Source of the DNA: Nitrospirota bacterium
GTDB lineage: Bacteria > Nitrospirota > UBA9217
NCBI GenBank assembly: GCA_963845065.1
Contig: CAWJQQ010000009.1
Location: 512,001 to 576,000 of the forward strand
Length of the DNA: 64,000 nucleotides
Direction: 5' to 3'
Part shown: positions 41,868 through 53,289 of the stretch, in pieces
Position numbering within the stretch: the first letter of the stretch is position 1
Layout: every line of letters begins with the position of its first letter
Program-made: the position numbers and the translations under genes
The notes under the pieces: model-generated
Told to the model about the DNA's origin: nothing
Database searches by the model: none
Seen by the model: only the letters and a program-made list of their open reading frames with translations

Positions 41868-43260
41868 TGAACTCTCCCGCCACTAAACTACAAGAGCGAT
41901 TGTAACGGGTATTCACGGTTCTCCGGTGGATGCGAACTGAAAGCATGGCTCTCAGTGCGGCTTATTCCCATTTCCACGCCGTTACTTCGGGCAGTTCCTG
42001 CCCTAGTTGCTGCTCTTTCCTTAACAGCATGGAACGCTTCTTTTGTCTTACCGAGAGTTCGCTGGCCAACAACATCGTGATTCCCTTTTTCTTGATAACG
42101 AGGTAGGCGTTGGAATGGTTTTCGCTAAATCCGTAGTTCTGGCATATGAACACCGCTTGAGATTGGCGAGTGTACGGGTTAGTGCGTGAACACTCCTGCG
42201 TTGTGCCCTGTGGTGGTACTGTGATTACAAGTTTCTGTACTCTTCTTGCTTTGTAGATAGTAAACAGCTTGACGTTGCACAGGCAGATTCCAGAATAGCC
42301 TTAATGAACACGGTTTTTGCCGCGGTATCGTTCGGCAAATACTTACCGTTATTTGCTTGTCTTCGTTTCGGCGCCTTGGTCATGTTCTGTACATTTAACG
42401 CCACAAACACAAAAACCTCTGCATCGGAATCAATAATCTTTCTGCTGGTTTTATGGTCAAAATTATGCCGGACAATGGCGGCATGAGCATGGCATTTTGC
42501 TACGTTGTTGCCTGACCGTTCCTAAAACCATCACTGCTGTCCAAAACAGCCTTAGATCAAACACACTCCCCGTTTACCTGCTTCCTTGGTGATTCCTAAT
42601 GGATGTCAGCAATGTATATTCTGAATGGGCTTTGAAGCAAAGCTCACCAATATAGCGTGTTTTCGCGCCGAGAATCAGCTTGTGATCACAGATCATTTTG
42701 CCTTGTTTGCTTTTTATCTTTTGCTGTAGGTTTAAACTGGAATAGATCACTCGTGAGTCATACGGTTTGATGGCCTCATTTCTTTTTGAAGGTAGGCCGT
42801 TTAGCCAGCCCATTCCAATACCGACGCATGGCCCCCATGAAGCGTATTGCACGATTACGAAGTATCTGGGAAGTCAAATCGTATAAGAACGGAGTAGGAT
42901 TATCATCCTCGAATTGAGCTTAATGCTGATCAATAGGAGGAGTTAGGATGCCGGTCAAAGCGAGAGTGCGGTCACAAAATACGTGGAAGTAATAGTCCTC
43001 GGCGACCTTAGCGTTGTATACCAACCATTAACAACCTACCCATTGAGACAACACCTCTTCCTGCTTCTCCGTAGGATAGGCCCTGAATTTGACTCTGCTT
43101 GATAGGCACAAGGTTAATAGTCCCAACGTGAACATTATATCACATATGTGTATACATGTCTACTTTTGTGGCATGAAAAGCATCAACCCAGTAAAGTTAC
43201 ATGGCATCCGCTTGACTCCTCCCGGCGATTTACTCCGGGGAATGCGCGGACAGGAATTAA
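41868..43260 (-). mobile_element. tnpB: Heavily decayed tnpB-only IS200/IS605 element
   Basis: Collinear minus-strand fragments VKFRAYPT, YNAKV, SQILRN, GELCFKAH, HKTSRK, NMTKAPK, KAILESA, TTQECS, VIKKKGI, GQELPEVT; right end ...GGGAGAGTTCA at 41868. Confidence 0.8.
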
Positions 43261-43398
43261 AGAGAAAATCTAACAATACTTGATGAACGTCATGCAAATC
43301 GGTTATGCAGGAATTTATCATAGCAGTATTGGCTATGCCTTTTGATTCCAGATCGAACACAGATTATTTAGTGGAAGGAAAAGAATGGTGGAACAGGA

Positions 43399-45228
43399 TC
43401 AGAACAAGTCCGGTGACGGTCGCTTTATGAAGTAACCTTGGGCAAAATTAATACCTGCGGATTCAACGTTTGCAAGAATCTCATCGGATTCCACGTATTC
43501 AGCTATGGTTTTAATGCCCAGGTTGGCCGCCAAGGCAGCAATGCTCTTTACTATTTCTTTTTCAATGGAGCTATTACCGCCCATATTCCGCACGAATTCG
43601 CCGTCAACTTTCAGGAAGTCAATACTGAAGGTCTTGATGTAGTGGAATGATGAATAGCCTGATCCGAAGTCGTCAATGGCGAAGCGAAACCCTTCATGCT
43701 TCAGTTCTATTATGAACGATTCGATGAGCTTCAGGTTTTTGACCGTATCGCGCTCTGTGATCTCGAAGATCAGCTTCGACGGATCCATTCCGTAATCCCG
43801 TAGCATCTTGCGAATTGTAGGCATGAACTCTTTCAGGATAAGAGCTTTAGGTGATAGGTTGATGAATAGGTTTCCATGGTAACTGCTTTCGCGCACTTTG
43901 GAGAGCGCATGCTCGAACAGCTGGTAATCAATCCTCCCGATGACTCCCATTCCCTCTGCCGTTTCAATAAATTCGGCGGCGGGAATGATCCTATCATTCA
44001 TCTTGATCCTCGTGAGAACTTCATAGGCATTGATGCTGTGGTCAATGACGTTCATGATGGGTTGGAAATAGGGTATGATCCGGTGCTGCGCAAGCGCATT
44101 GAGGATCAGGATGTTTTTTTCGCCCATGCTTTTGAGAACTTCGACATCGTCTTGCTCGCTTGGCAAACTGAGCCGGTCCTTTCCTAATGATTTCGACTGC
44201 GTGAGCATGTTGTCGGCGAGCAGAAATAAGTCCTTTGCTTCCCTTGCATTGTCGGGGTATACGGCGATACCGATCGACACGGTGCCCTTGATGGCTACGC
44301 CCTGCACAAGCGGAAAAGAATAGCTCCTTACGCCGTCGATGATGCGTCTGGCAACGATGCGGGCCTGGCCTTCATCGCACACCGGAAGAATTGCAGCGAA
44401 CTGGTCTCCATAGTATCGCGAAGCAATGTCGCCGTTCCTTGTAGCACTTTTTAAAATCGATGAAAACTCTCTCAGGAAGTTGTCTCCGGTTTCATGTCCG
44501 TAAGTGTCGTTGATGACCTTGAAATTGTCGATATCGATGACGAGGAGTGAAAATTTGTACTCCTGTCTAGTGGAGCGGCTTGTTTCGTATTCGAGCAGGT
44601 CCCAGAATGCTATCTGATTATACAGGTTGGTAAGAGGGTCGCGCGTGGCGAACCGTTCCACCTCCCGCGTGTACGCGGCAAGCGCCTTGACGGAACTGAT
44701 TACGTTAACAAACGCAGTTAATGCGCTCTCGATGACGACTAGGTCCGTAAGATGAAGCCGTGCACGTGTAGGCAGACCGATCCCGACGAACCCGCTTTCG
44801 AGTGGCGTATTGATGTGAAATGTCTTGTCGAGAAGCTCGATATCCTCAGTCCTAATGGAGGAGAGGGATGATCCGGTAAGCGCCGTAGAGTGAATGATGT
44901 TGAAATCTAGAATATTCTTGAACTCATTATTTTCGGCCACTTTTTGTTTCAGCATCCCTTCGACGGCTTTTATTGTGTCCTGTGAGGGGGTCTTCAGCCA
45001 GAAAAGCTCTATGTTCCGTTTATCATTCTCGCCAATCTGAAAGGCGTACAAAAAATAAATGTCCACGATGTCCGCCGCGTCAATGAGAATACTCTTGACC
45101 TGGTTTCTCCAGCGTTTTGCAGAGATCGAATTCTTTCCGGTTTCCTTGATCAAGCGCTCTTGGAACTTCATGACTCGGGAGGACTTGGTGCCGCGGAACC
45201 AGAGATGGGAAAACGAAGTCGTAGACAT
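43399..45228 (-). CDS. GGDEF-EAL protein with degenerate GGDEF and intact-looking EAL domain; start uncertain
   Basis: DPLTNLYN, DIDNFK, RYYGDQF; YEVLTR, FEITE, DDFGSGYSS, LKVDG, AEYVE, QGY. Confidence 0.9.
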   Translation of the reverse strand: MSTTSFSHLWFRGTKSSRVMKFQERLIKETGKNSISAKRWRNQVKSILIDAADIVDIYFLYAFQIGENDKRNIELFWLKTPSQDTIKAVEGMLKQKVAENNEFKNILDFNIIHSTALTGSSLSSIRTEDIELLDKTFHINTPLESGFVGIGLPTRARLHLTDLVVIESALTAFVNVISSVKALAAYTREVERFATRDPLTNLYNQIAFWDLLEYETSRSTRQEYKFSLLVIDIDNFKVINDTYGHETGDNFLREFSSILKSATRNGDIASRYYGDQFAAILPVCDEGQARIVARRIIDGVRSYSFPLVQGVAIKGTVSIGIAVYPDNAREAKDLFLLADNMLTQSKSLGKDRLSLPSEQDDVEVLKSMGEKNILILNALAQHRIIPYFQPIMNVIDHSINAYEVLTRIKMNDRIIPAAEFIETAEGMGVIGRIDYQLFEHALSKVRESSYHGNLFINLSPKALILKEFMPTIRKMLRDYGMDPSKLIFEITERDTVKNLKLIESFIIELKHEGFRFAIDDFGSGYSSFHYIKTFSIDFLKVDGEFVRNMGGNSSIEKEIVKSIAALAANLGIKTIAEYVESDEILANVESAGINFAQGYFIKRPSPDLF

Positions 45229-45437
45229 GAGTACTGTTCCTCGTCGATTGCCTGAAGAGTGTCCGTGCCACCTTTTGAGATCAATTACCCAGAGTGGCAC
45301 TCATAGCCGGGTTCTGGTACAGTAGGAAACATGTCGTGATTATAGCTATAAGTATATCGCAGGGGTTTGGATTGTCAACCGTGAAAAAACCGAAAAAACG
45401 CTTGCAAAGGTGCGGAGAAAAAGCGAAAATGAGCGCT

Positions 45438-46994
45438 ATGCATGATCGCTCACTCAAACATGATGTGGCGCAGATGGTGATGCCGCGCCTCGATGGTGGC
45501 ATGCTTGAAGACCCCCGATATTTTCTTCAGGCTAAGACGCTTATTCAGGAAGGGATCGGTGGGTTCATCTTGTTCGGTGGTTCTATCGCACTAACGCCAA
45601 AACGGCTTCAGGAACTTCAATTATTCTCCGATATTCCACTATTAATTTCGTCCGATGTCGAGCGCGGCCTCGGCCAGCAGCTCGCAGGTGGGACGAGGTT
45701 TCCAAACCAGCGGGCCGTTGCTTCGGCCATCAACCGGCGATCGAAAAATGACATTGGACTTCTCGACCGGATGCTGGACGCGGTACGCATTGAAACGCGT
45801 GCTGCAGGCATCCATGCAGTCTTTTCACCTGTTGTCGATGTGAACAATAATCCAGACAATCCGATCATCTGCACGCGGTCGTTCGGCGATGAACCTGGTG
45901 TGGTAGAATGGTTCGGCTCACGATACATTAAACGGTTGCAAAAACCGTCGGCCAAGGGCCGGGTCGATCTCTTGGCCTGCGCAAAGCATTTCCCGGGACA
46001 TGGGGATACAGACCAGGACTCCCACTCCGTCCTTCCGGTAATCCATGCAGACCGGCAGCGTTTGAACCGTGTGGAACTCCCTCCCTTTCGGGAAGCGGTT
46101 AAGGACGGCGTCGGCATGATCATGGTAGCGCACCTGCTTGTACCTGCTTTAGAACCGGAAAAACCGACCACATTTTCAAAGAAAACCGTTATCGCGTTGC
46201 TGCGGGAAGGTATGGGATTCGGTGGCTTGATTGTGTCCGATGCCTTGGACATGGGCGCGCTCGCCAATAACTATTCAGCGGGTGAAATCGCTGTTAAGGC
46301 TGTAGAGGCGGGTATGGACATTCTCCTCCACCCGAGTGATGTGCACCAGACGATCGAAGCCGTCGTCTTTGCCGTGGAAGAGGGACGTCTTACTCGGCAG
46401 CACATTGCTGAATCCGTTGAGCGGATCATGGTGGCAAAGACGAGGTTGGGACTTTTCGATAAGACCGCGCGTACGATTAACGTCGATTACCGCAAACACG
46501 CAAACATAGCCCGCGAACTCGGCGGCAAGGCGCTCCGCGTCGTGTCAGGCAGTCAAAAAATGTTTCCCATCCCCAGGAAAGCAGGCGTGGCGTGTTTTAT
46601 TCTTGATGACGACAATAACACCGAGTCTGGCAACGAATTCATCCATGCAATGCGCGAGCGATATCGCAACTTATCAGTACTGGTGCTGACGCCCGGCTCC
46701 GATATGCCCGAATCCCTTGTGTTGGATAGCATCCTTGCAGCGGAATTAACGGTATTGGCCGTCTTCTCCAAAATCTCGGCGTCGAAAGGACACTCCGGGC
46801 TCACTAATAAACTTCGAGACGTAATACTCAAACTTTTGCACGATGCGCAGAAAGCGAATGGTAAATCCGTCCTGATTTCCTTCGACAGCCCCTATTTACT
46901 GGACCGATTCGTGGATGCAGACGTGCGCATAGCAGCATACGATCGCATGGATGAAATTCAGCATGCTGTAGCGTCGTTGTTGGCTGGGAAATAG
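45438..46994 (+). CDS. nagZ: GH3 beta-N-acetylhexosaminidase (NagZ-like, two-domain)
   Basis: SDVERG, PVVDVN, RSFG, KHFPGHGDTDQDSH, SDALDM. Confidence 0.88.
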   Translation: MHDRSLKHDVAQMVMPRLDGGMLEDPRYFLQAKTLIQEGIGGFILFGGSIALTPKRLQELQLFSDIPLLISSDVERGLGQQLAGGTRFPNQRAVASAINRRSKNDIGLLDRMLDAVRIETRAAGIHAVFSPVVDVNNNPDNPIICTRSFGDEPGVVEWFGSRYIKRLQKPSAKGRVDLLACAKHFPGHGDTDQDSHSVLPVIHADRQRLNRVELPPFREAVKDGVGMIMVAHLLVPALEPEKPTTFSKKTVIALLREGMGFGGLIVSDALDMGALANNYSAGEIAVKAVEAGMDILLHPSDVHQTIEAVVFAVEEGRLTRQHIAESVERIMVAKTRLGLFDKTARTINVDYRKHANIARELGGKALRVVSGSQKMFPIPRKAGVACFILDDDNNTESGNEFIHAMRERYRNLSVLVLTPGSDMPESLVLDSILAAELTVLAVFSKISASKGHSGLTNKLRDVILKLLHDAQKANGKSVLISFDSPYLLDRFVDADVRIAAYDRMDEIQHAVASLLAGK

Positions 46995-47224
46995 AATAAA
47001 GACAGAGAACAGAACCACTTCTACCTGCCATAAATGAGGCCCCTGACCTTGCCGCTTGGCTGACTCGCTATGCTAAGGGGACCGGTGTCAGGAGCACAGG
47101 AAACGAGTACCGCGGTTGATGCTGAGGATTTTGTACCGCTGATAGCGCGAAAAATAACGGGACGTCTAGTTATAAAAAGATCCTGCCTGCATTTTAAGAT
47201 GGGAAAACACGAAATGGCATGCGA

Positions 47225-47752
47225 TTAGCTATCCGTCTTGAGCACAGCAATATACGGAAGATTCCTATATAGCTCGTTGAAGTCCAAACCATATCCCACA
47301 ACGAACGCATCGGGGATTTCGAAACCGCGATACGCGATCGGGACGTCAACGAGACGGTGGCATGATTTGTCGAGCAGAACGGCAGCATTCAGGCTGGCAA
47401 GCTTCCTTTCCGAGAGCATCTTAATGAGACAGGCAAACGTCTTGCCGGTGTCAATGATGGTGTCGACGAGCAGTATATGCCTACCATCGATATCTGCCTC
47501 CAGATCTTTTTTAATGACAACATCCCTAGATGAAGTCGTGGATATGCCGTAACTTGAAGTTTGGATGAATTCGACAGTGAGCGGGCACGAGATACTACGC
47601 ACGAGGTCCGTCGTGAATATAACAGCACCTTTCAGGATACTGATGACTACTGGATTCTTCCCGGCATAATCCCGGGAGATCCGCACACCCAGTTCCTGGA
47701 CCTTGTCTGCAATGGTCACTTCGTCGAACAGGATTTTCCCAATTTCGCTCAT
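47225..47752 (-). CDS. hpt: Hypoxanthine phosphoribosyltransferase
   Basis: ILKGA, SSYG, LLVDTIIDTGKT, FVVGYGLD, RNLPYI. Confidence 0.93.
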   Translation of the reverse strand: MSEIGKILFDEVTIADKVQELGVRISRDYAGKNPVVISILKGAVIFTTDLVRSISCPLTVEFIQTSSYGISTTSSRDVVIKKDLEADIDGRHILLVDTIIDTGKTFACLIKMLSERKLASLNAAVLLDKSCHRLVDVPIAYRGFEIPDAFVVGYGLDFNELYRNLPYIAVLKTDS

Positions 47753-47867
47753 ACTGTCAATATCTGTCTTCTACTTCTACGATACTCCTATAAAACTTTC
47801 CTATCTGCAAAAGATACAGCATATTGATATAATTGTAAAGAAAGACCTGCGGAGGAGGTGATAATTC

Positions 47868-48425
47868 ATGAAAAAAGAGGCCCTGCTTATTATAGATATG
47901 GTTAACGACTTCGTGCTTCCCGGGGCGCCGCTTGAAGTGCCTGAGACACGGAGAATAGTCCCGGTCATTGTACGGGAGATTGAAATAGCACGCGCCGCTG
48001 GTAGGCCCGTTATTTTTGTCTGCGATGCCCATGCCCCCGATGACAAGGAATTCTCGAAGTTCGGCTGGCCAGCCCATGCCGTAAAAGGTACGAAAGGAGC
48101 AGAGATCATAACCGAGTTAACGCCTGAAAAAGGCGATGTCGTCATTCACAAGACGACATATTCGGGATTCTTTGGTACCGACCTTGATAGGACCCTGAAA
48201 CTGCTCGGCGTCGGCTCACTCAGGCTTACTGGCGACGTTACGCATATATGCATCTTGTTCACAGCATCTGACGCAGTTCTTCGTGACTACACTGTATCGT
48301 TGGTCGAGGACGGAATTGCCGGCATTTCCCGGGAAGATCACGAGGCTGCTATTCGCATAATGAAAAATGTCCTAAACGTTGCAGTAGTACCATCGGGAGC
48401 AACTTCGGGCAGAAAAGCTGCATAA
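47868..48425 (+). CDS. pncA: Nicotinamidase / isochorismatase-family cysteine hydrolase
   Basis: IIDMVNDF, DAH, WPAHAV, KTTYSGF, THICI; adjacent to a pncB fragment. Confidence 0.85.
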   Translation: MKKEALLIIDMVNDFVLPGAPLEVPETRRIVPVIVREIEIARAAGRPVIFVCDAHAPDDKEFSKFGWPAHAVKGTKGAEIITELTPEKGDVVIHKTTYSGFFGTDLDRTLKLLGVGSLRLTGDVTHICILFTASDAVLRDYTVSLVEDGIAGISREDHEAAIRIMKNVLNVAVVPSGATSGRKAA

Positions 48426-48879
48426 TGATGGATTGCGGATCAATCGTCCGCATTCTAGAAGAGGCGCAATGGGAATTGGAAATGCGCGGGCTTGGCCATG
48501 TAAAATTTTATTTGAGCGGCGGCATCTCCGAGGAAGATATCCCGGTTCTCAATCCCGTAGTCCATGGATACGGAATCGGGACTTCGATTAGTAATGCGGC
48601 AGTTATCGATTTTGCCATGGACATCGTGGAGATCGAAGGGAAGCCGTTTCTAAAGCGTGGCAAATGGTCGGGAAGTAAGCGTGTGTTCCTCTGCACAAAA
48701 TATGGAACACAAAAGATCACCCCACTGACTTTAGTAGAGATACAAACATGCTCCTGCGGAGGCGTTTTTACGGATATGTTGAACCCCGTGCTCGATGACG
48801 GTAAACTGCTCGTGTAACAAGATCCGCCTGGCCGGATTCGGGAGACAGTGATGGCAGCCGTAAAACATTTGTACTTTGA
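48425..48879 (+). pseudogene. pncB: C-terminal fragment of nicotinate phosphoribosyltransferase
   Basis: ILEEAQWELEMRG, LSGGI, GYGIGTSIS, DFAMDIVEIEG, KRGKWSG; N-terminal portion absent, premature TAA at 48815. Confidence 0.8.
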
Positions 48880-48939
48880 CCCGCCACCCAGTTAAGAATG
48901 CCTCGACTGACAGTTATTGTCTCTTGGGGGATAATTTGC

Positions 48940-49506
48940 ATGAAACTTAGTGTCTGGGCAAAACAGCAGGGGATAATCTATCACACGGCATGGAGATGGT
49001 GGAATACCGGAAAACTTCCTGTTGAAATAGAGCAGATGCTATCTGGCACGCTGATTGTCAAAGAGCATAAGTCCACTCCTGGCTCGGTTGCTCTTCATGC
49101 ATGCGTCTCTACTAATGACCAGAAGAAGGACCTCGGTGCGCAGCTTGGGCGGTTGTCGGCGTTTACGGCTTCAAAAGGCTGGATCGTATCTAAAACAATC
49201 GCGGAGATAGGTCCCGGTCTCAATGGACACAGGCCGAAGCTTATGAAACTGCTCGAAGACTCCAGTATTGGCGTTATTGTGGTTTTGCATCGTGATAGAC
49301 TTATGCGATTCGGTTCAGAGTATGTTGAGTCATCTCTTCGTGCCCAGGGGCGTCAACTTGTTATTGTAGATAAGACAGAACTCAAGGACGATTTGGCGCA
49401 GGATATGATAGAGGTACTTACGTCTTTCTGTGCTAGGCTCTACGGCCGAAGGTCCGCAGCGAATAAAGCAAAGAAAGCAATTGAGGCTATAGAAAATGGC
49501 AAGTAG
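48940..49506 (+). mobile_element. tnpA: IS607-family serine transposase (TnpA), probably inactive; no tnpB follows
   Basis: MKLSVWAKQQG HTH, HACVS in place of YARVS, HRDRLMRFG, LTSFCARLYGRR. Confidence 0.9.
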
Positions 49507-49615
49507 TAAAAAGACAAATCAAAAGGGCGGGGAAGATGATGTTAAATCTTTCACCGCCCATGCATTCTTAGTGGATAAAACGATAAAGGGTCATCCAGCA
49601 ATGCCCCCTTTTTTC

Positions 49616-51436
49616 CTATTCTATCCGTTCCCGGTTTTTCGGCCTCTTGCTTGATTCTAGGACTTTTTTCCGCAGCCTGATGGACTGCGGCGTCACTTCT
49701 ACCAGTTCGTCTTCCTTGATGAACTCAAGCGCCTGTTCAAGCGATAGCTGTCGGTGCGGTACGAGCCGGAGGGCTTCATCAGCTCCGGATGCACGCATGT
49801 TCGTTAGCTTCTTTTCTTTGATCACGTTAACATCGATATCGGCTTCACGGGAGTTCTCGCCTACGATCATGCCTTCATAAACAGCGGTGTTTTCCTTGAT
49901 AAACAGCTCACCGCGTGGCTGGATATGGTAAAGTGCATAGGTCGTGGTTTTCCCCCCCCGGTCGGACACGAGGGCGCCAGTGGCCCGTTTCGCGATTGGG
50001 CCTTGCCAGGGTTCGTACCCATCGAAGAGGTGGTTCAAGAGGCCGGTCCCGCGTGTATCGGTCAAAAACTCCGAGCGGAAGCCGATCAGTCCGCGCGCCG
50101 GAATGCGAAATTCGAGACGGACACGGCCGTGGCCGTTGTTCGCCATCTTCGTCATGCGGCCCTTGCGGGTCCCCAGTTTTTGTGTGACCACGCCGATGAA
50201 CTCCTCGGGGCAGTCGATGACCAGGTTTTCCATAGGCTCATAGGTCTTTCCGTCCCGTAGTTTGGTGATTGTCTCAGGCTGGGAAACCGAGAGCTCATAG
50301 CCTTCTCTCCTCATCATTTCGATCAAAATTGCGAGTTGGAGCTCGCCGCGGCCCAGAACTTTGAAGCTGTCCGTCGCCTCCGATATTTCTACCTTGATCG
50401 CTACATTGTATAAGAGTTCCTTCTCAAGCCGTTCCTTCAAGTGACGGGACGTAACGAATTTGCCTTCTCTGCCCGCGAAGGGCGAGTTGTTGATCGAAAA
50501 AAGCATCGAGATCGTCGGCTCATCCACAGCTATGCGCGGCAAGGGTTTCGGGTTTTCCGGGTCTGTAATCGTATCTCCGATGTTAACACCCTCGATGCCC
50601 GCCAGGGCGACAATGTCGCCGACGGAGGCTTTTTCAGTATCAACGCGTTTGAGTCCTTGAAACTCGAACATTGATGTGATCTTTGTTTTTACTAAGGCCC
50701 CGGTATGGGTGACTACGCCGATGGGCTCGGCAACCTTAGCGGTACCGGCAAAGATCTTGCCGATGGCCAGCCGTCCCACGTAATCATTGTAATCAATGTT
50801 CATAACCAGCAGTTGAAGCGGCGCCGTTTCGTCGCCTTCGGCAAGTGGGATCGTTTTTACAATCAAGTCAAAGAGTGGCTTAAGATCTTTTCCTTCATCT
50901 TCCATCTTGAGTTTAGCTATTCCGTCCCGAGCATTTGTGTAGACGATGGGGAAATCGAGCTGCGTGTCATTTGCATCGAGATCGATGAACAGGTCATAGA
51001 CTTCGTTCACTACTTCGCTGATACGTGCGTCAGGGCGGTCTATCTTATTGATGACTAGGATAGGCGGCAACCCCAGTTCCAGAGCTTTTTTGAGTACGAA
51101 TCGGGTCTGCGGAAGCGGTCCTTCCGATGCATCCACGAGCAGAAGTACACCGTCCACCATCTTGAGCGTGCGCTCCACTTCACCGCCGAAATCAGCATGA
51201 CCGGGCGTGTCAACAATGTTGATCTTGATTCCATTGTAATGTACGGCCGTGTTCTTTGCCATGATAGTGATGCCGCGTTCGCGCTCAAGGTCGATATTGT
51301 CCATGACCCGTTCCTGAATACGCTCATTATCGCGGAACGTACCGCTCTGGCGAAGGAGCGTGTCCACGAGTGTGGTTTTGCCGTGGTCAACGTGGGCGAT
51401 GATGGCAATGTTGCGTAAGTCCGTTCTTTTTAACAT
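49616..51436 (-). CDS. typA: Translational GTPase TypA/BipA
   Basis: [52 protein letters not shown]. Confidence 0.98.
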   Translation of the reverse strand: MLKRTDLRNIAIIAHVDHGKTTLVDTLLRQSGTFRDNERIQERVMDNIDLERERGITIMAKNTAVHYNGIKINIVDTPGHADFGGEVERTLKMVDGVLLLVDASEGPLPQTRFVLKKALELGLPPILVINKIDRPDARISEVVNEVYDLFIDLDANDTQLDFPIVYTNARDGIAKLKMEDEGKDLKPLFDLIVKTIPLAEGDETAPLQLLVMNIDYNDYVGRLAIGKIFAGTAKVAEPIGVVTHTGALVKTKITSMFEFQGLKRVDTEKASVGDIVALAGIEGVNIGDTITDPENPKPLPRIAVDEPTISMLFSINNSPFAGREGKFVTSRHLKERLEKELLYNVAIKVEISEATDSFKVLGRGELQLAILIEMMRREGYELSVSQPETITKLRDGKTYEPMENLVIDCPEEFIGVVTQKLGTRKGRMTKMANNGHGRVRLEFRIPARGLIGFRSEFLTDTRGTGLLNHLFDGYEPWQGPIAKRATGALVSDRGGKTTTYALYHIQPRGELFIKENTAVYEGMIVGENSREADIDVNVIKEKKLTNMRASGADEALRLVPHRQLSLEQALEFIKEDELVEVTPQSIRLRKKVLESSKRPKNRERIE

Positions 51437-52235
51437 GAAACTCCTTTTATTACCACGAATAAACCAAGTAAGTTGTATACATTACTGGCTTCGCGGAGGT
51501 TCTATCGGTTATGCAAAGCTGTGCATACTACCGTGTATCGCTATGTATTGTCAATGGAATAATAGGAAGAATTGCAAGAAGGACATGGACATCGCCGTGA
51601 AACTTAAATAAACGTCAGGCAGTGAATGCTACCGCAACCAAAGATAATACTAATCTATTGGTTGGGGCTTCCAAGCCATTCCATTAAGTACCCTGGTGTT
51701 GCTCTATTACAGACAAGCGGGTTTTTAAGCTGGAGTTGCTGTTCTGATATGGATGTTGGAAATTCATGAAATGTATTATACTATACTAATGTTCAGTTTG
51801 CCAAATATTGGAGAAATTTAAAGCCAACTAATTCATCACACAACCAATACGTCGTTTGGATGTGTGTTCTTGGTAGAGTGATAAATGATTGTGGTAATAG
51901 GGGAAGCGAATCTAATACTGCACATTAAGGAAGGTGATTTCTCATCATGGAGTTGTCCCCACTGCTTGGTAGTTGCAGGTAGCTAGCGGTGTCCGCCGAG
52001 GTACGCCTTGACAGCGAACGAGCCCAGTGATAGTGTTGAATTAGGATTTGAACTGTCCGAGAAAGCAAAACCTTACTTCTCGAGAAGAGAAGAGCAGTTG
52101 GTCTCTGAAAAGGGGAGATGGTAGAGTTGCCGATGAGAAATATCATTTGATTCGGTCGGTTTTTTTATTGACGAGCGTTAATCTCAGGTAATGTGAATTT
52201 TCTCGTATCAAAGTAGCTTGAAAGGAGAAGCAAAA

Positions 52236-52667
52236 ATGCCGAAAACAATTGAACAATCCATAATGCTTTCTGCACCGGCGGAAAAGTTGTATGAAATGTA
52301 CCTCAGCCCAAAAAAACATTCAGAGATCACAGGCGGCCCTGTTTCCATTAGTTCAAAGGAAGGGTCGAGGTTCCGGGCTTTCGACGGAATGATTTCGGGT
52401 AAAACGCTGTTAGTCATCCCAAAGTATATGATTGTGCAATCCTGGCGAGGCAGCCACTGGAAAAAAGAAGAGATCGACTCTATCCTAATTCTCACTTTTA
52501 TACCAGAGGGCGATAGGGGGAGGATCGAACTTGTCCACGCGAACGTGGCGGACAGCGATTACGATGGCGTCAAAGAAGGCTGGGAAAAATATTACTGGAA
52601 GCCTTGGCGGGAGTACCTTGCGAAATTGGAAAAGGATTTAAAAAAGACAAGAGCAAAGGCTGCATAA
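52236..52667 (+). CDS. SRPBCC / AHSA1-like domain protein
   Basis: FDGMISG, IVQSWR, LVHANV, GWEKYYW; AGGAG RBS. Confidence 0.88.
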   Translation: MPKTIEQSIMLSAPAEKLYEMYLSPKKHSEITGGPVSISSKEGSRFRAFDGMISGKTLLVIPKYMIVQSWRGSHWKKEEIDSILILTFIPEGDRGRIELVHANVADSDYDGVKEGWEKYYWKPWREYLAKLEKDLKKTRAKAA

Positions 52668-52993
52668 TACATCTAAAAAATGGAAAATATACCAACACTG
52701 TTGAACACCGGAAAGCTGCGGGGTGAAATAAGGGCTTGAGAGGTTCCTCCCTAGCTGAACAAGCCTTAATATTCACCGCGCCCCTTTCCGGATATATATT
52801 ATCAATCAGGGTTCCCTTAGCTTTTGAACGGGGAGTATGATGCTTGGGGTTACAAGAGGTGATGTGCAATTCCCTTGAGCATTTTTTTAAGGATTAAACG
52901 CCCTCGGAAGTAAGAACGAACAACGCGAAGTAACTTAATTAGATAACGCGAGTAAGACAAGAGGTTCTGTGAATCGGGGCATTAACAACAATT

Positions 52994-53197
52994 ATGATAG
53001 TCAAGGAATACTGCGAAAGTATGGATAAACAGCTCGCTGCATGGCGGGCGAATGTCGAGAAGCTACTCCTGATAGCAAAAAATTTGTCGGAGAAGGACCA
53101 ACAAACCGATGAACGACAGCAAAAGGAACTTCAGTCCCTTGTCGCCGATATTGCAAGAGTATCTGCTCTCTTAAAATATGAGTGCTTGCCGGCCTGA
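52994..53197 (+). CDS. Small helical hypothetical protein
   Basis: 67-aa ORF with coiled-coil character, VKEYC...W...ECLP. Confidence 0.55.
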   Translation: MIVKEYCESMDKQLAAWRANVEKLLLIAKNLSEKDQQTDERQQKELQSLVADIARVSALLKYECLPA

Positions 53198-53289
53198 CGT
53201 ATCTGACGTTTTAGTGCTTCCTGGTTTCTCGAGTTGCGAACTATCAATTTGCCAGATTTACTATATGAATCTTGCTGGGGTGTACCAGT

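Noticed and set aside
52700..52880. 6S RNA
   Set aside because: Hairpin is too short, has no clear central bubble and lacks the usual zapA/ygfA context; kept only as an unexplained hairpin
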